Assembly: GCA_019429445.1 (NCBI GenBank)
Contig: JAHYIW010000001.1
Span: 85,336-149,335, forward strand
Length of the DNA: 64,000 nt
Source of the DNA: Desulfuromonadaceae bacterium
Lineage (GTDB): Bacteria > Desulfobacterota > Desulfuromonadia > Desulfuromonadales > JAHYIW01
Direction: 5' to 3'
Positions 53,277-62,782 of the stretch are shown here, one piece after another. Positions within the stretch are counted from its first letter, which is position 1, and every line of letters begins with the position of its first letter. The position numbers were made by a program, and so were the translations under genes. The notes under the pieces are model-generated. The model was not told where the DNA came from and did not search any database. It saw only the letters and a list, made by a program, of their open reading frames with translations.

Positions 53277-53533
53277 GGTACCTGATTTGCCCTTAAGGGT
53301 TTGATCGTAAATTTTTGCGAGTGCATCAAGTTTAGCACGTTTTTTGTCACAAAAAAGAAATGGATGCCCAAGCCCCACCCTCAACCTCTGCCGAGTTTCC
53401 CCGCCCGCCACCTGAATATGGCATTTCCCGCAAATCAATTCACCAGACGGGTTGCACTCGACAAACTCTGTGTTACGCTCCGAATCAAGGGCCGGGGTTG
53501 GTTCGCAGTCACGCTAAAGACAGGAGAGATCAG

Positions 53534-54136
53534 ATGACAAAAATTCTTGTTCTATACTACAGCATGTATGGTCACATTGAGACCATGGCACAAGAGATCG
53601 CTGCTGGCGCACGTTGCGTCGAGGGGGTTGAGGTTACCGTCAAGCGGGTGCCCGATCTCATGTCGGCAGAGGTGGCACGCAAGGCCGGGGCGAAGCTTGA
53701 TCAGGTCGCCCCGCTCGCGACCGTGGACGAACTGCCGAACTATGATGCCATTATTTTTGGCACGCCGACACGTTTTGGCAACATGTGTGCGCAGATGCGT
53801 AACTTTCTTGATCAGACCGGCCCGTTGTGGGCTGGCGGAAAGCTGATCGGCAAGGTAGGGAGTGTGTTCATCTCCACGGCCACGCAGCACGGTGGCCAGG
53901 AAACCACCATCACCTCATTTCATACCACCTTGTTGCATCACGGCATGATCATTGTCGGGGTTCCCTACTCCTGCCAGGAGCTTGTGAATATGAGCGAAAT
54001 CAGCGGCGGAACACCCTATGGGGCGAGTACCCTTGCCGCTGCCGACGGAAGTCGTCAGCCGACGGAAAATGAATTGAAAATTGCCCGTTTCCAGGGGCGC
54101 CACGTCGCCGAGGTGGCGAAGAAGCACTCCGCTTGA
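53534..54136 (+). CDS. wrbA: NAD(P)H:quinone oxidoreductase WrbA
   Basis: '[14 protein letters not shown]', 'GTPTRFGNM', 'QHGGQETT', 'GGTPYGA'. Confidence 0.96.
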   Translation: MTKILVLYYSMYGHIETMAQEIAAGARCVEGVEVTVKRVPDLMSAEVARKAGAKLDQVAPLATVDELPNYDAIIFGTPTRFGNMCAQMRNFLDQTGPLWAGGKLIGKVGSVFISTATQHGGQETTITSFHTTLLHHGMIIVGVPYSCQELVNMSEISGGTPYGASTLAAADGSRQPTENELKIARFQGRHVAEVAKKHSA

Positions 54137-54599
54137 CACCAGCCACGCGTTTGCAGGCGGGGAGCCCCTGGAAATATGGGAAATTGCGTATTTCAAGAGT
54201 CTCCCCGCCGCGCATGTCTTTGCTCTGTTCCTCCCCTGCCCGAGAGCTGGTGCCGATGTTCGGACCAGCTGGCTGCGATAAGGTGGAAAGCCTTTTTCAA
54301 TAAGCCTTGCGGATCTTCCAAGGACCCTCTCTGACACACCTAATGGTACACTTTTGTGACAATGACACACTCTGCTGATCAAGGCAAAAGGTGCTTTTTG
54401 TGACGTTGTTGATGAAAAAGTGAGCTTTTGCGCTTTTTTTCTCATCATATTCAGGTTTTGTTGAATATAAAACATTGGCATGTTCTGTGATTGTATTTGT
54501 ATCGCTGTAATCAGTTTGTTGCGAGAATCGAGAATGTACATATAGGCGGGTAGAAATGATTAGAGGGTCAAATGTGATTTTAGTTAATCGGAGGAATGA

Positions 54600-56399
54600 A
54601 TGAAGAATCTGAAATTAAGCTCCAAAATTTTTGTTCTGTGCTTTGCCCTGGTGACGATCTTTGTCGTCTTTTTTGGCTGGTTTTATTTAAATGAAGAACA
54701 GAATTTGTTGTCGGCAAAAAAGGATGAAGTCAAGCACGTTGTCGAAACTGCGTGGGGGGTGGTTGCTTATTATTCAGAAATTTCCGCCAGCGGAGTGCTG
54801 TCAGAAGCAGAGGCACAACAGCAGGCGCTGGCAGCACTCAACGTGTTGCGTTTTGACGGGGAGAATTACTTCTGGATCAATGACCTCTCGCCCACCATGT
54901 TGATGCACCCCTATAGTAAAAAACTGGTTGGCCAGAGTCTGCAAGACTATGCCGATCCAAACGGCAAACGCTTGTTTGTGGAGATGAGTTCGGTTGCCCG
55001 GCAGCATGGCGAAGGGTTTGTCGACTATGTGTGGAATAAACCGGGGCAACAGAAGGCGAGTAACAAGATATCATTTGTCAAACTCTATCCGCAGTGGGGG
55101 TGGATTGTCGGTGCCGGGCTTTATCTTGACGATATCGAAGCCGAGCTTGCCAAAACATTGCGTCTGGCTCTGGGGTTGCTGGGGGTGGCGATTGGTATTG
55201 CAATTGTTTGCACGGTGCTGTTTTCCCGCAGTTTGACGCGCCCGATGAATGACGTTGTGGTCATGATGACCGCGTTGGGACAAGGTGATTTGGGCAAGCG
55301 GCTGGAGCTGCAACGGCGCGATGAAATCGGTGCGCTTGCCGTCGCCATCAACGGTTTTGCTGACAATATGCGCGATGAAGTGCTGGCGGCATTCAAAGCT
55401 TTGGCAGCGGGGGACTTTACCTTCAACGCGCAAGGCGTCATCAAGGAACCGCTGGCTCAGGCCAATGCTGCGCTGAATCAGTTGATGAGACAAATCAATT
55501 ATGCCGCAGAGCAGATCGTCTCGGGGAGTGAACAGATTGCCGACGGCAGTCAGGCCCTCTCGCAAGGGGCTGCTGAGCAGGCAAGTTCCCTTGAAGAAGT
55601 CAGCAGTTCGATGACCGAAATGAGCAGTCAAACCAGGCAGAGTGCTGAAAATGCCGCACAGGCGAGTACGCTGTCAAGTGATACAAAAAATGCCGCCGAA
55701 CGGGGCAATGCCCAAATGAAGCAGATGGTCGTGGCCATGAACGAAATCAATCAATCGGGACAGAATATCTCCCGGATCATCAAAACTATTGACGAAATTG
55801 CCTTTCAGACCAACCTGCTGGCGCTTAACGCCGCCGTTGAAGCTGCCCGCGCCGGGCAACATGGCAAAGGATTTGCCGTTGTTGCCGAAGAGGTGCGTAA
55901 TCTTGCCGCGCGCAGTGCCGCCGCCGCTCGCGAAACGGCTGATTTAATTGAAGGGTCGGTGGCAAAAACCGCCAATGGGACTGAAATTGCCGAGCAGACC
56001 GCGGATGCGCTGGAAGAAATCCTGCGACGAGTGCTCAAGGTCACCGATCTGGTTGCCGAAATCGCCGCCGCCAGCAACGAGCAGGCGCAGGGGATCGCGC
56101 AAATTTCTCTGGGGCTGGGGCAGATCGATCAGGTCACCCAGCAGAATACCGCCAACGCTGAAGAGAGCGCCGCCGCTGCCGAAGAACTCTCCGGGCAGGC
56201 CGCTGAATTGCGGCAGATGCTGGCCGGTTTCAAACTTCATTTGCAGGGGCAAAATGCCGGTTCGGTGCAGCGCTCGGTCGCCGGGAGTCGGGGGGATGGA
56301 CGTCCTGGTGGCTATGGTGGAAACTTCACCGGCGCGCCAGCGATGAGCAAGGGCAAGCCGACCATCGCACTCAATGATCGTGAGTTTGACAGGTACTAA
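54600..56399 (+). CDS. Methyl-accepting chemotaxis protein with Cache sensor domain
   Basis: 'YFWIND...MLMHP', 'DPNGK', 'KISFVK...[10 protein letters not shown]', HAMP, '[20 protein letters not shown]'. Confidence 0.95.
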   Translation: MKNLKLSSKIFVLCFALVTIFVVFFGWFYLNEEQNLLSAKKDEVKHVVETAWGVVAYYSEISASGVLSEAEAQQQALAALNVLRFDGENYFWINDLSPTMLMHPYSKKLVGQSLQDYADPNGKRLFVEMSSVARQHGEGFVDYVWNKPGQQKASNKISFVKLYPQWGWIVGAGLYLDDIEAELAKTLRLALGLLGVAIGIAIVCTVLFSRSLTRPMNDVVVMMTALGQGDLGKRLELQRRDEIGALAVAINGFADNMRDEVLAAFKALAAGDFTFNAQGVIKEPLAQANAALNQLMRQINYAAEQIVSGSEQIADGSQALSQGAAEQASSLEEVSSSMTEMSSQTRQSAENAAQASTLSSDTKNAAERGNAQMKQMVVAMNEINQSGQNISRIIKTIDEIAFQTNLLALNAAVEAARAGQHGKGFAVVAEEVRNLAARSAAAARETADLIEGSVAKTANGTEIAEQTADALEEILRRVLKVTDLVAEIAAASNEQAQGIAQISLGLGQIDQVTQQNTANAEESAAAAEELSGQAAELRQMLAGFKLHLQGQNAGSVQRSVAGSRGDGRPGGYGGNFTGAPAMSKGKPTIALNDREFDRY

Positions 56400-56800
56400 C
56401 AGGCGGACAAGAGTTGTTGTTTGAAACTCGCCGGGGCACGCACCGGCTTTTGCGCCCGAGCGTCGTAACAGACCATCACCGTTTTGGCGTGGGCGAAGGT
56501 TTTGCCGCTGCCATTGTGCAACGTGTAGTCGATATCGAAACTCGAATTACCCACCCGTACCACCTCCAGCGACACGATCAGGGTATCCCGCAGGTCGATC
56601 GGAAGTTTGTATTCACACTCGGCCTTGACCACCAGAAAGAGCAATGACTGATCCATGAATTCGATGAAGCGGTCGTGAAACAATTTGGTTCGTGCCGTCT
56701 CCAGAAACGTGAAATAGACGGCATTGTTGACATGACCGTAGGCATCAAGATCGGCAAAACGTAACTCGACCGGTACGGAATCGCAGGCAGACTCGTTCAT
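56396..56800 (-). CDS. Acyl-CoA thioesterase (4HBT/YbgC family)
   Basis: '[16 protein letters not shown]'. Confidence 0.92.
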   Translation of the reverse strand: MNESACDSVPVELRFADLDAYGHVNNAVYFTFLETARTKLFHDRFIEFMDQSLLFLVVKAECEYKLPIDLRDTLIVSLEVVRVGNSSFDIDYTLHNGSGKTFAHAKTVMVCYDARAQKPVRAPASFKQQLLSAC

Positions 56801-56902
56801 ATCAGTTGCCGGGCACCCCTTGCTGGAGAATTTTGATCGATTTTTTACCGCGGTAGATTGCTCGCAGTGTTGTCGGCAGGGTGAAGATAACGGCACACCG
56901 GC

Positions 56903-57229
56903 TCATGAATTCTGCTCCTTTAAAGAGGCTGATATGCGGGCACGGTAGTCGACAATGTCTTTACGCAGCGACGAAAGTTTCGATATTTTTTCATCGACTT
57001 TGTGGCTATGCAGATCGAGAATTTCGAGAAGTTTGCGGGTGATGGTGGTGAATTGAGACTGCTGGTTATCGAACACCTGATTATGGGTGTCGAAGTTTTC
57101 GGCCAGTTCCTGCATTTCCTTCAGGCCGATGCCGAGCTCCTTAAGTTTGAGGACGAACTTCAGCCGACGGATATCCTCGCGGTTGTAAAGTCTTGCACCG
57201 CTACCGACCCGTTTTGACAAACCCATCAG
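56903..57229 (-). pseudogene. MerR-family regulator lacking its N-terminal HTH
   Basis: Begins at 'RVGSGARLYNREDIRRLKFVLKLKELGIGLKEM'; the 'TLRYYE' helix is absent; abuts the acyl-CoA dehydrogenase remnant. Confidence 0.8.
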
Positions 57230-57466
57230 GCCGCTTACCGGGCCAGCGCCGGGCTGGCGTTTGCCAAAGAAGCGGCGATGGCCAAATTGTTGGCGTCGGA
57301 GACGGCGATGCAGGTGACGACCAAGGCGGTTCAGGTGTTCGGCGGCTACGGGTATACGCGCGACTTTCCGGTTGAGCGGATGATGCGCGATGCAAAAAGT
57401 ACCGAATTGTACGAAGGTACCAGCGAGATTCAGCGGCTGGTGATCGGCGCAGCGATCTGTCGCTAA
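57227..57466 (+). pseudogene. C-terminal fragment of an acyl-CoA dehydrogenase
   Basis: '[10 protein letters not shown]...[24 protein letters not shown]...[12 protein letters not shown]'; only about 79 codons remain. Confidence 0.88.
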
Positions 57467-57477
57467 CGGGAGGCGAG

Positions 57478-58469
57478 ATGGAATTCACGCGCGAAATATA
57501 CTGGAATGTTGGCAACTCGGCGGGCGTTCTGGTGCCGATGTATCTGCTGACATTGATCGCCTTCGCGGCGCTCGGTTACGGATTCTGGAAGCGCATCACG
57601 GTCTATCGTCAGGGGCAGGCACTGGATCGAACTGATCAGTTTGAACGGCGGATCGTTGCGGCGCTTCGCGATATTCTGCTCCAGCGGCAAGTGTTGCGGG
57701 TGACCGGGCCGGGCGTGGCCCATGCCTTCTTCTTCTGGGGCTTTTTACTCCTCTTTATCGGTACCTGCCTGATCGTGATCCAGGTTGACTTTAGCGATCC
57801 ATTGTTCGGCGTTAAATTCCTTCGCGGGACTTTTTACAAGCTCTTTTCGATCACTCTTGATCTCGCCGGTCTGGTCGCGATGGTGATGCTCGGGGGACTC
57901 TTTGTCCGTTGCTACCTGGTGCGCCCGGAAGGGTTGGAAAACAAGTCTGACGACCTGTATATGCACACGATGTTGTTCGCGATTCTGCTGAGCGGGTTCG
58001 TCATCGAAGGGGCGCGGATGGCGGTGACCGAACTCGCTACCCCGTTGGCGATCTTAGCGTCTTTCTGGAACGGCTTCTCGGTCAGGGGCGGTTGAAGTTC
58101 AGCCATGCTGCGGCGTCGAACTGCACCTATCACGACTCCTGTTACCTTGGACGCTATAATGATATTTATACAGCACCCCGCGTGCTCCTTGGCGCGGCCG
58201 GGATCACGGTCACTGAAATGGCCAGGAATCAGGTCGAAAGCTTCTGTTGTGGTGCCGGGGGCGGGCGGATCATGGCGGAAGAGAAACTCGGTACCCGGAT
58301 CAGTGCAACGCGGGTGAAGATGGCGGCGGCAACGAACGCTTCCACATTGATTTCGAACTGTTCCTTCTGTTGGACGATGTTTGAAGACGGCGTCAAGGGG
58401 GCCGATCTGGAAGGGCAGCTGGCACCGAAAGATATCGCTGAAGTTTTGGTGGAACAACTGAACAGCTGA
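57478..58469 (+). pseudogene. FadF-like membrane Fe-S oxidoreductase (ETF:menaquinone oxidoreductase type), internally deleted and frameshifted
   Basis: N-terminal NarI-like membrane part ('TREIYWN', 'HAFFFWGF') joined out of frame near 58050 to the last CCG domain ('TYHDSCYLGRYN', 'FCCGAGGG'); ferredoxin and first CCG domains missing. Confidence 0.85.
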
Positions 58470-58636
58470 GTTTTAATCACGGCGGAAGAAATTTAAGGTC
58501 AAAGGCAATCGGGCGCTGATCAAAGCGGATTTAAAATCGAGAGTTTTAAGACTCTCCGTGTTCTCCGCGACAGCTGTGGTCAGCGTTCCTGGTGATGAAA
58601 ATTTGTGGTTCAACCCGCTAGAGTCGGAGGTTCATC

Positions 58637-59407
58637 ATGAAAATTCTGGTGTGTATCAAACAAGTTCCGGATTTGGAATCGAAATTCCAGGTAAATGCCG
58701 CAGGGGTCTGGTACGACGAGACCGATCTGGCCTGGCGGATGAACGAGTATGATGAATACGCGGTGGAGCAGGCCGTGCAGCTGAAAACACAGATCGGCGA
58801 AGAGGCCGAGCTGAGCATACTGTCGATCGGTCCCGACCGGGTTAAAGAGACGATGAAGAAGGCGCTGGCGATGGGGTGTGATCGGGGGGTGCATATTCAG
58901 GATGCCGCCAGCTTCGAAAAAGGGCCGTTCGAAATCGCTGCGGTGATTGCCGAGTTCGCCAAAGATAAAGGGTTCGATGTGATCTTTACCGGGATGCAGT
59001 CGCAAGATCGCGGTTCGGCGCAAGTTGGCGTACTGGTCGCCGAAATGCTTGGCATAGCGGCGCTGACAACCGTCGTTGAATGTGTTTACGCGGACGCTAC
59101 GATCACCGCCAAACGCGAGCTGGAGGGGGGCGTTCGGGCGCAGGTCAGGGTCGCGACTCCAGCGCTGATTACGTGTCAACTCGGACTCAACACTCCGCGC
59201 TATCCGACGCTGCCGAACATCATGAAAGCCAAAAAAAAGAGCTGCTCAGCGTTCCGGTCACCGAATTGCTGAACGTCGAAGGCCTGCTCAACACCGAGCA
59301 GTTTTACTTCCCCGAGAAGAAGGGGGGGGCTGGTGCTCGAAGGCGCGGTGCCCGATCTGGCCGATCAGTTGATCGCGATTCTCAAAGCGCAGACCACCGT
59401 CCTGTAA
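58637..59407 (+). pseudogene. etfB: Electron transfer flavoprotein beta subunit with two homopolymer frameshifts
   Basis: 'MKILVCIKQVPD', 'PRYPTLPNIMKAKKK'; frame shifts at the A8 run (59231-59238), continues as 'ELLSVPV...FPEKK', and returns at the G run (59322-59329) to 'LVLEG...TTVL*'. Confidence 0.8.
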
Positions 59408-59455
59408 AGAACGGATGAGGGTAATTGCGCAGTCTTTGTCCAAAAGGAGATGCTT

Positions 59456-60370
59456 ATGAAAGCACTGGTGATAGGTGAATATCGGGATGGCAAGCTGCTC
59501 GAAGCGACATACGAAAATGTAGCGTTCGCGGCTCAGCTTGGCGCCGAAAGTACAATGTTTCTGGTCGGCAACCCCGATCTCTTGCCGAGCTTTGACGGCA
59601 AGCTCTATCTGGCCGCTGCCGACCAATATAGTGAATTCAACCCGACCGCGCACAAACAGCTGATCCTGGAGGTGGTCGCCAAAGAACAGCCGGACGTGGT
59701 GGTCTTCAGTCATTCGTCCTACGGCTGGGATCTAGCACCACGGGTGGCGTTGGCACTCAAGGCGGCGCAGATTTCCGAGGTTGTCGCGGTGACGGACGGC
59801 GCCTATATTGTACCGGCATGCAACTCCAAGTTGCGGCGCAAGCTGCGTCCGCAAAGTGCCGTGACCGTCGTCACCCTGCAAGCCGGGGCATTCAACCCGG
59901 CAGCACCAGGGGGTACGCCGGATGTCGAACGCCTCACCAGCGTTGCCACCGGACCGGTCGAGTTTCTCGGTTACGAAGCGGCCGCGTTGAGCGGTGTCGA
60001 TCTGACCAAAGCCGAGGTCATCGTCAGTGCCGGGCGCGGCATCGGCAAACCGGAAAATATCGAGATGATTGCGGCTTTGGCCAAGGCCCTGGGGGGAGAA
60101 TACGCCGCCAGTCGGCCAGTGGTCGATGCCGGATGGACCGAGCATAACCGCCAGGTCGGTTCGACCGGGCAGAGTGTGACGCCGAAGCTCTATCTGGCCT
60201 GCGGTATTTCCGGGGCCATTCAGCACCTGGCGGGGATGAAGAAGTCAGAATTTGTCGTTGCCGTCAACACCGACAAAGACGCCCCGATCGGTGAGGTTGC
60301 TGACGTGTTGATCGTCGCCGATCTGAAGGAGTTTGTTCCGGCACTGACCGCCAGGCTTCAGGCGTCCTGA
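59456..60370 (+). CDS. etfA: Electron transfer flavoprotein alpha subunit
   Basis: 'VSAGRG', 'ASRPVVDAGW', 'QVGSTG', 'GISGAIQHLAGM', 'VNTDKDAPI'. Confidence 0.95.
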   Translation: MKALVIGEYRDGKLLEATYENVAFAAQLGAESTMFLVGNPDLLPSFDGKLYLAAADQYSEFNPTAHKQLILEVVAKEQPDVVVFSHSSYGWDLAPRVALALKAAQISEVVAVTDGAYIVPACNSKLRRKLRPQSAVTVVTLQAGAFNPAAPGGTPDVERLTSVATGPVEFLGYEAAALSGVDLTKAEVIVSAGRGIGKPENIEMIAALAKALGGEYAASRPVVDAGWTEHNRQVGSTGQSVTPKLYLACGISGAIQHLAGMKKSEFVVAVNTDKDAPIGEVADVLIVADLKEFVPALTARLQAS

Positions 60371-60570
60371 TTGGACGGGGAGGGGAGGCCGCAACTTCAA
60401 TAGTTATTGACCCTGCCAGCTTCTGGCAAGGGTTTGTAATCACGGAAGTAATCGCTCGTCTATCTTCAACTCGAAAGGAGGGTTTGCTTATCGTCAAGAA
60501 GGCCGTTTGTGAGGTAATGGCATATGCAAAACGTATCATCAACCACGTCATCGTGCTTTGGGAGCGCCAC

Positions 60571-60625
60571 CTCCCTTCCGGGCTTAGCCCGCTGATGAGC
60601 TTGTGAAACCCAAGCGAAAAGGAAG
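60571..60625 (+). ncRNA. Type III hammerhead ribozyme (predicted cleavage 3' of C60578, triplet UUC)
   Basis: Stem III CTCCCTT/AAGGAAG (one C-A mismatch), stem I CGGGC-TTA-GCCCG, core CTGATGA (60592-60598), stem II GCTTG-TGAAACC-CAAGC, core GAAA (60616-60619). Confidence 0.8.
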
Positions 60626-60673
60626 CTGAGACACCATGTGCCCAACTTTTCAAGCAAGAAGAGTAAAAAAGTA

Positions 60674-60736
60674 GCACAACGCTAATAAGGATAGATGGCG
60701 CGAGGAACGAGCCGCGATCTTATCCTGTGGCTGGAC
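60674..60736 (+). other. Degenerate integron attC-like site
   Basis: GCACAAC (R''-like) ... AGGATAGAT / ATCTTATCCT stem with one extrahelical base ... GCTGGAC (R'-like, GTT changed to GCT); 63 bp. Confidence 0.4.
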
Positions 60737-60915
60737 AAGCCCGGCCATAAGGCCCTCTTAGGGGGAGTTTGACTAAATTGTCGTTTGTCAAAGTTGTTGA
60801 CCTAACTGCTTGATATGTAATAGAGTACTTGGTCAAATGTGGTTTGAGGATGGCCACACGGGTAGTCAAGATATATCGTGGTACTATTGACCTTGGTTGC
60901 TTTTTATATACAGAC

Positions 60916-61338
60916 ATGGCTAGAAGACACACAAATAATCCTAAGCGTAGAATTGCACCTCAGGGCGAGTTAAATGAAGCGCAGAAGGAGAAATTGTGCG
61001 AGACTTTAAGGTATGTTGGAAGTGCACTGCACAAGCGAAATCCTGGGAATTATGGGTTTCATCCGCCCATCAACCCCCGGCCCCACAAGTCGCTTTGCGA
61101 CGATATGCGTTTAATTTTATTGGAAGAGGCTCAATCGCTTTTTGAGGCTGGGATCAAAAAAGGCATGGTAAGCACTTATAGGCAAGATGGTGTGCCCAAA
61201 TATGTCTGGAGTGTTGATGAATTTGGTGAGGTATACGAGTCTAAAATTGGCATCGATGGTTTCCATGGTTACCGGTTGAATGATGATAATGAAAGCTTGA
61301 TGCGAAGCATAGTGTTGAGTGAATGGGCTTCGAGATGA
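60916..61338 (+). CDS. Hypothetical 140-aa protein (putative nuclease-type toxin)
   Basis: 'YVGSALHKRNPGNYG...PRPHKSLCD...PKYVWSV...GEVYESK...FHGYRL'; AT-rich codon usage; ATGA overlap with the next gene. Confidence 0.7.
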   Translation: MARRHTNNPKRRIAPQGELNEAQKEKLCETLRYVGSALHKRNPGNYGFHPPINPRPHKSLCDDMRLILLEEAQSLFEAGIKKGMVSTYRQDGVPKYVWSVDEFGEVYESKIGIDGFHGYRLNDDNESLMRSIVLSEWASR

Positions 61339-62648
61339 ACGAAGAACTAAACATATTTATGAGTTGGGAGAGGCTTGAAGAGGGTAGCCAAGCTGAAAAG
61401 TCCTGCTTCGGCCAGCTCAATATTGCTCATAGGAGTAGGTACCTTAGCGAAGGTATAGATGGTTATGTTAACCGTCTTCGGAATGGCCCGCTTGTTTCAG
61501 GTTACCATTTTGCACAATGGATAGCTTGGAACTGGTGGCGATTAGTGAGTGAACCTAAGCCACTAAAGTTGACTCCTGAATGGGGCTTTGCGCACTCTCT
61601 TTCATCAATCGGGGAGGGCTATATTTGGCCCAGGATTACAATTTTTTCAGACCGTGAGCGGACAGTCCTTCTTGCAAAGCCAACGCAGCCGGAAGTTTTT
61701 ACACCATTTCGATTCACGGCAGATATGGTTACTGTTATTCCGACGAGTCAATTTGAAGCAGCAATTGATAAATACATTGCACAAATACTGGGTCAGTTGC
61801 GATCAGAAGGTGTTACAAATACATCTCTTGACAATATCTGGGAAGAGGTTTTGTTAGAGAGGAAGGAACCAGATACAGCATTGATAAGACGCTTAGAAGC
61901 GTTGTTGGGTGTTGAACCTGGTGAGCTTGATGATACTGGGACTAAGCAAATTTGGTTGGATGCATTTAGCCTCGGCCATGACGCTATCTTTGAAATTGCC
62001 GCTGGGCATAAAAATCACGGAGTCTTAACCTCTGAACAAATTGAGAATTTAGCTAAAACATACGGTCGTGATACTAAGCAAAGTGACTATGTCAGGCTTT
62101 CGCAATTTGATCATTCTCAGAGAGCAAGCATGCCTGCTTGGAAGTGTGGGGTTGACGCTGCTGCTTCGCTTAGAGAGCAGGAAAGGCTTGGGCAAGGACC
62201 GTTGTCCAATGATAAGCTGGCAGAAATGTGCGCCACGACCGTAACGGTGCTCAATGATGCAACTGATAATGTAGATTTTGCATTTAGCATGGATGATATA
62301 GCAGGCTCTGTGGGAAAGGTTGTTCTCCGTTCTAAATGGGAAGCAGGGCGTCGTTTTGAACTAGCACGATTATTAGGGGACAGGCTTACAAATTGCTTAG
62401 ATGAGCGCTTGCTACCAGCGACACGTTCATATACTTATCGCCAAAAACTCCAACGAGCTTTTGCAGCAGAGCTTTTATGTCCATATGGGTCGCTAATTGA
62501 AAAGCTTGACGGTGATTTTTCTGGTGATGCAAGAGAAGACGCAGCGCATTATTTTAATGTTTCAGAAAGAACCGTTACGACATTGTTGGTCAATCATCGA
62601 GATTTAGATCAAGATTACCTAGAAGATATAGACGAAATTGCAATTTAA
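61335..62648 (+). CDS. Hypothetical protein with C-terminal ImmA/IrrE-like metallopeptidase fold lacking HEXXH
   Basis: 'GRRFELARLLGD' where IrrE/ImmA proteins have RxRFTxAHELGH; 'QRAFAAELLCP'; HTH-like 'AAHYFNVS'. Confidence 0.75.
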   Translation: MNEELNIFMSWERLEEGSQAEKSCFGQLNIAHRSRYLSEGIDGYVNRLRNGPLVSGYHFAQWIAWNWWRLVSEPKPLKLTPEWGFAHSLSSIGEGYIWPRITIFSDRERTVLLAKPTQPEVFTPFRFTADMVTVIPTSQFEAAIDKYIAQILGQLRSEGVTNTSLDNIWEEVLLERKEPDTALIRRLEALLGVEPGELDDTGTKQIWLDAFSLGHDAIFEIAAGHKNHGVLTSEQIENLAKTYGRDTKQSDYVRLSQFDHSQRASMPAWKCGVDAAASLREQERLGQGPLSNDKLAEMCATTVTVLNDATDNVDFAFSMDDIAGSVGKVVLRSKWEAGRRFELARLLGDRLTNCLDERLLPATRSYTYRQKLQRAFAAELLCPYGSLIEKLDGDFSGDAREDAAHYFNVSERTVTTLLVNHRDLDQDYLEDIDEIAI

Positions 62649-62782
62649 ACTGATTGATATTTTAAAATAGCAAATTGGCACAGGGCGGGGAGACAAGCTT
62701 TTCTTTACGTCCGGGGAGAGCAAAAGCATGGAAGTCCGCGGTCGTCGCTTCTGGATATAGACCGCTCAAAGATTTTATTTTT

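Noticed and set aside
54354-54370. CRP/HcpR-like site TGTGACAATGACACA upstream of the Cache MCP
   Set aside because: Half-site spacing is off by one and the second half-site is degenerate.
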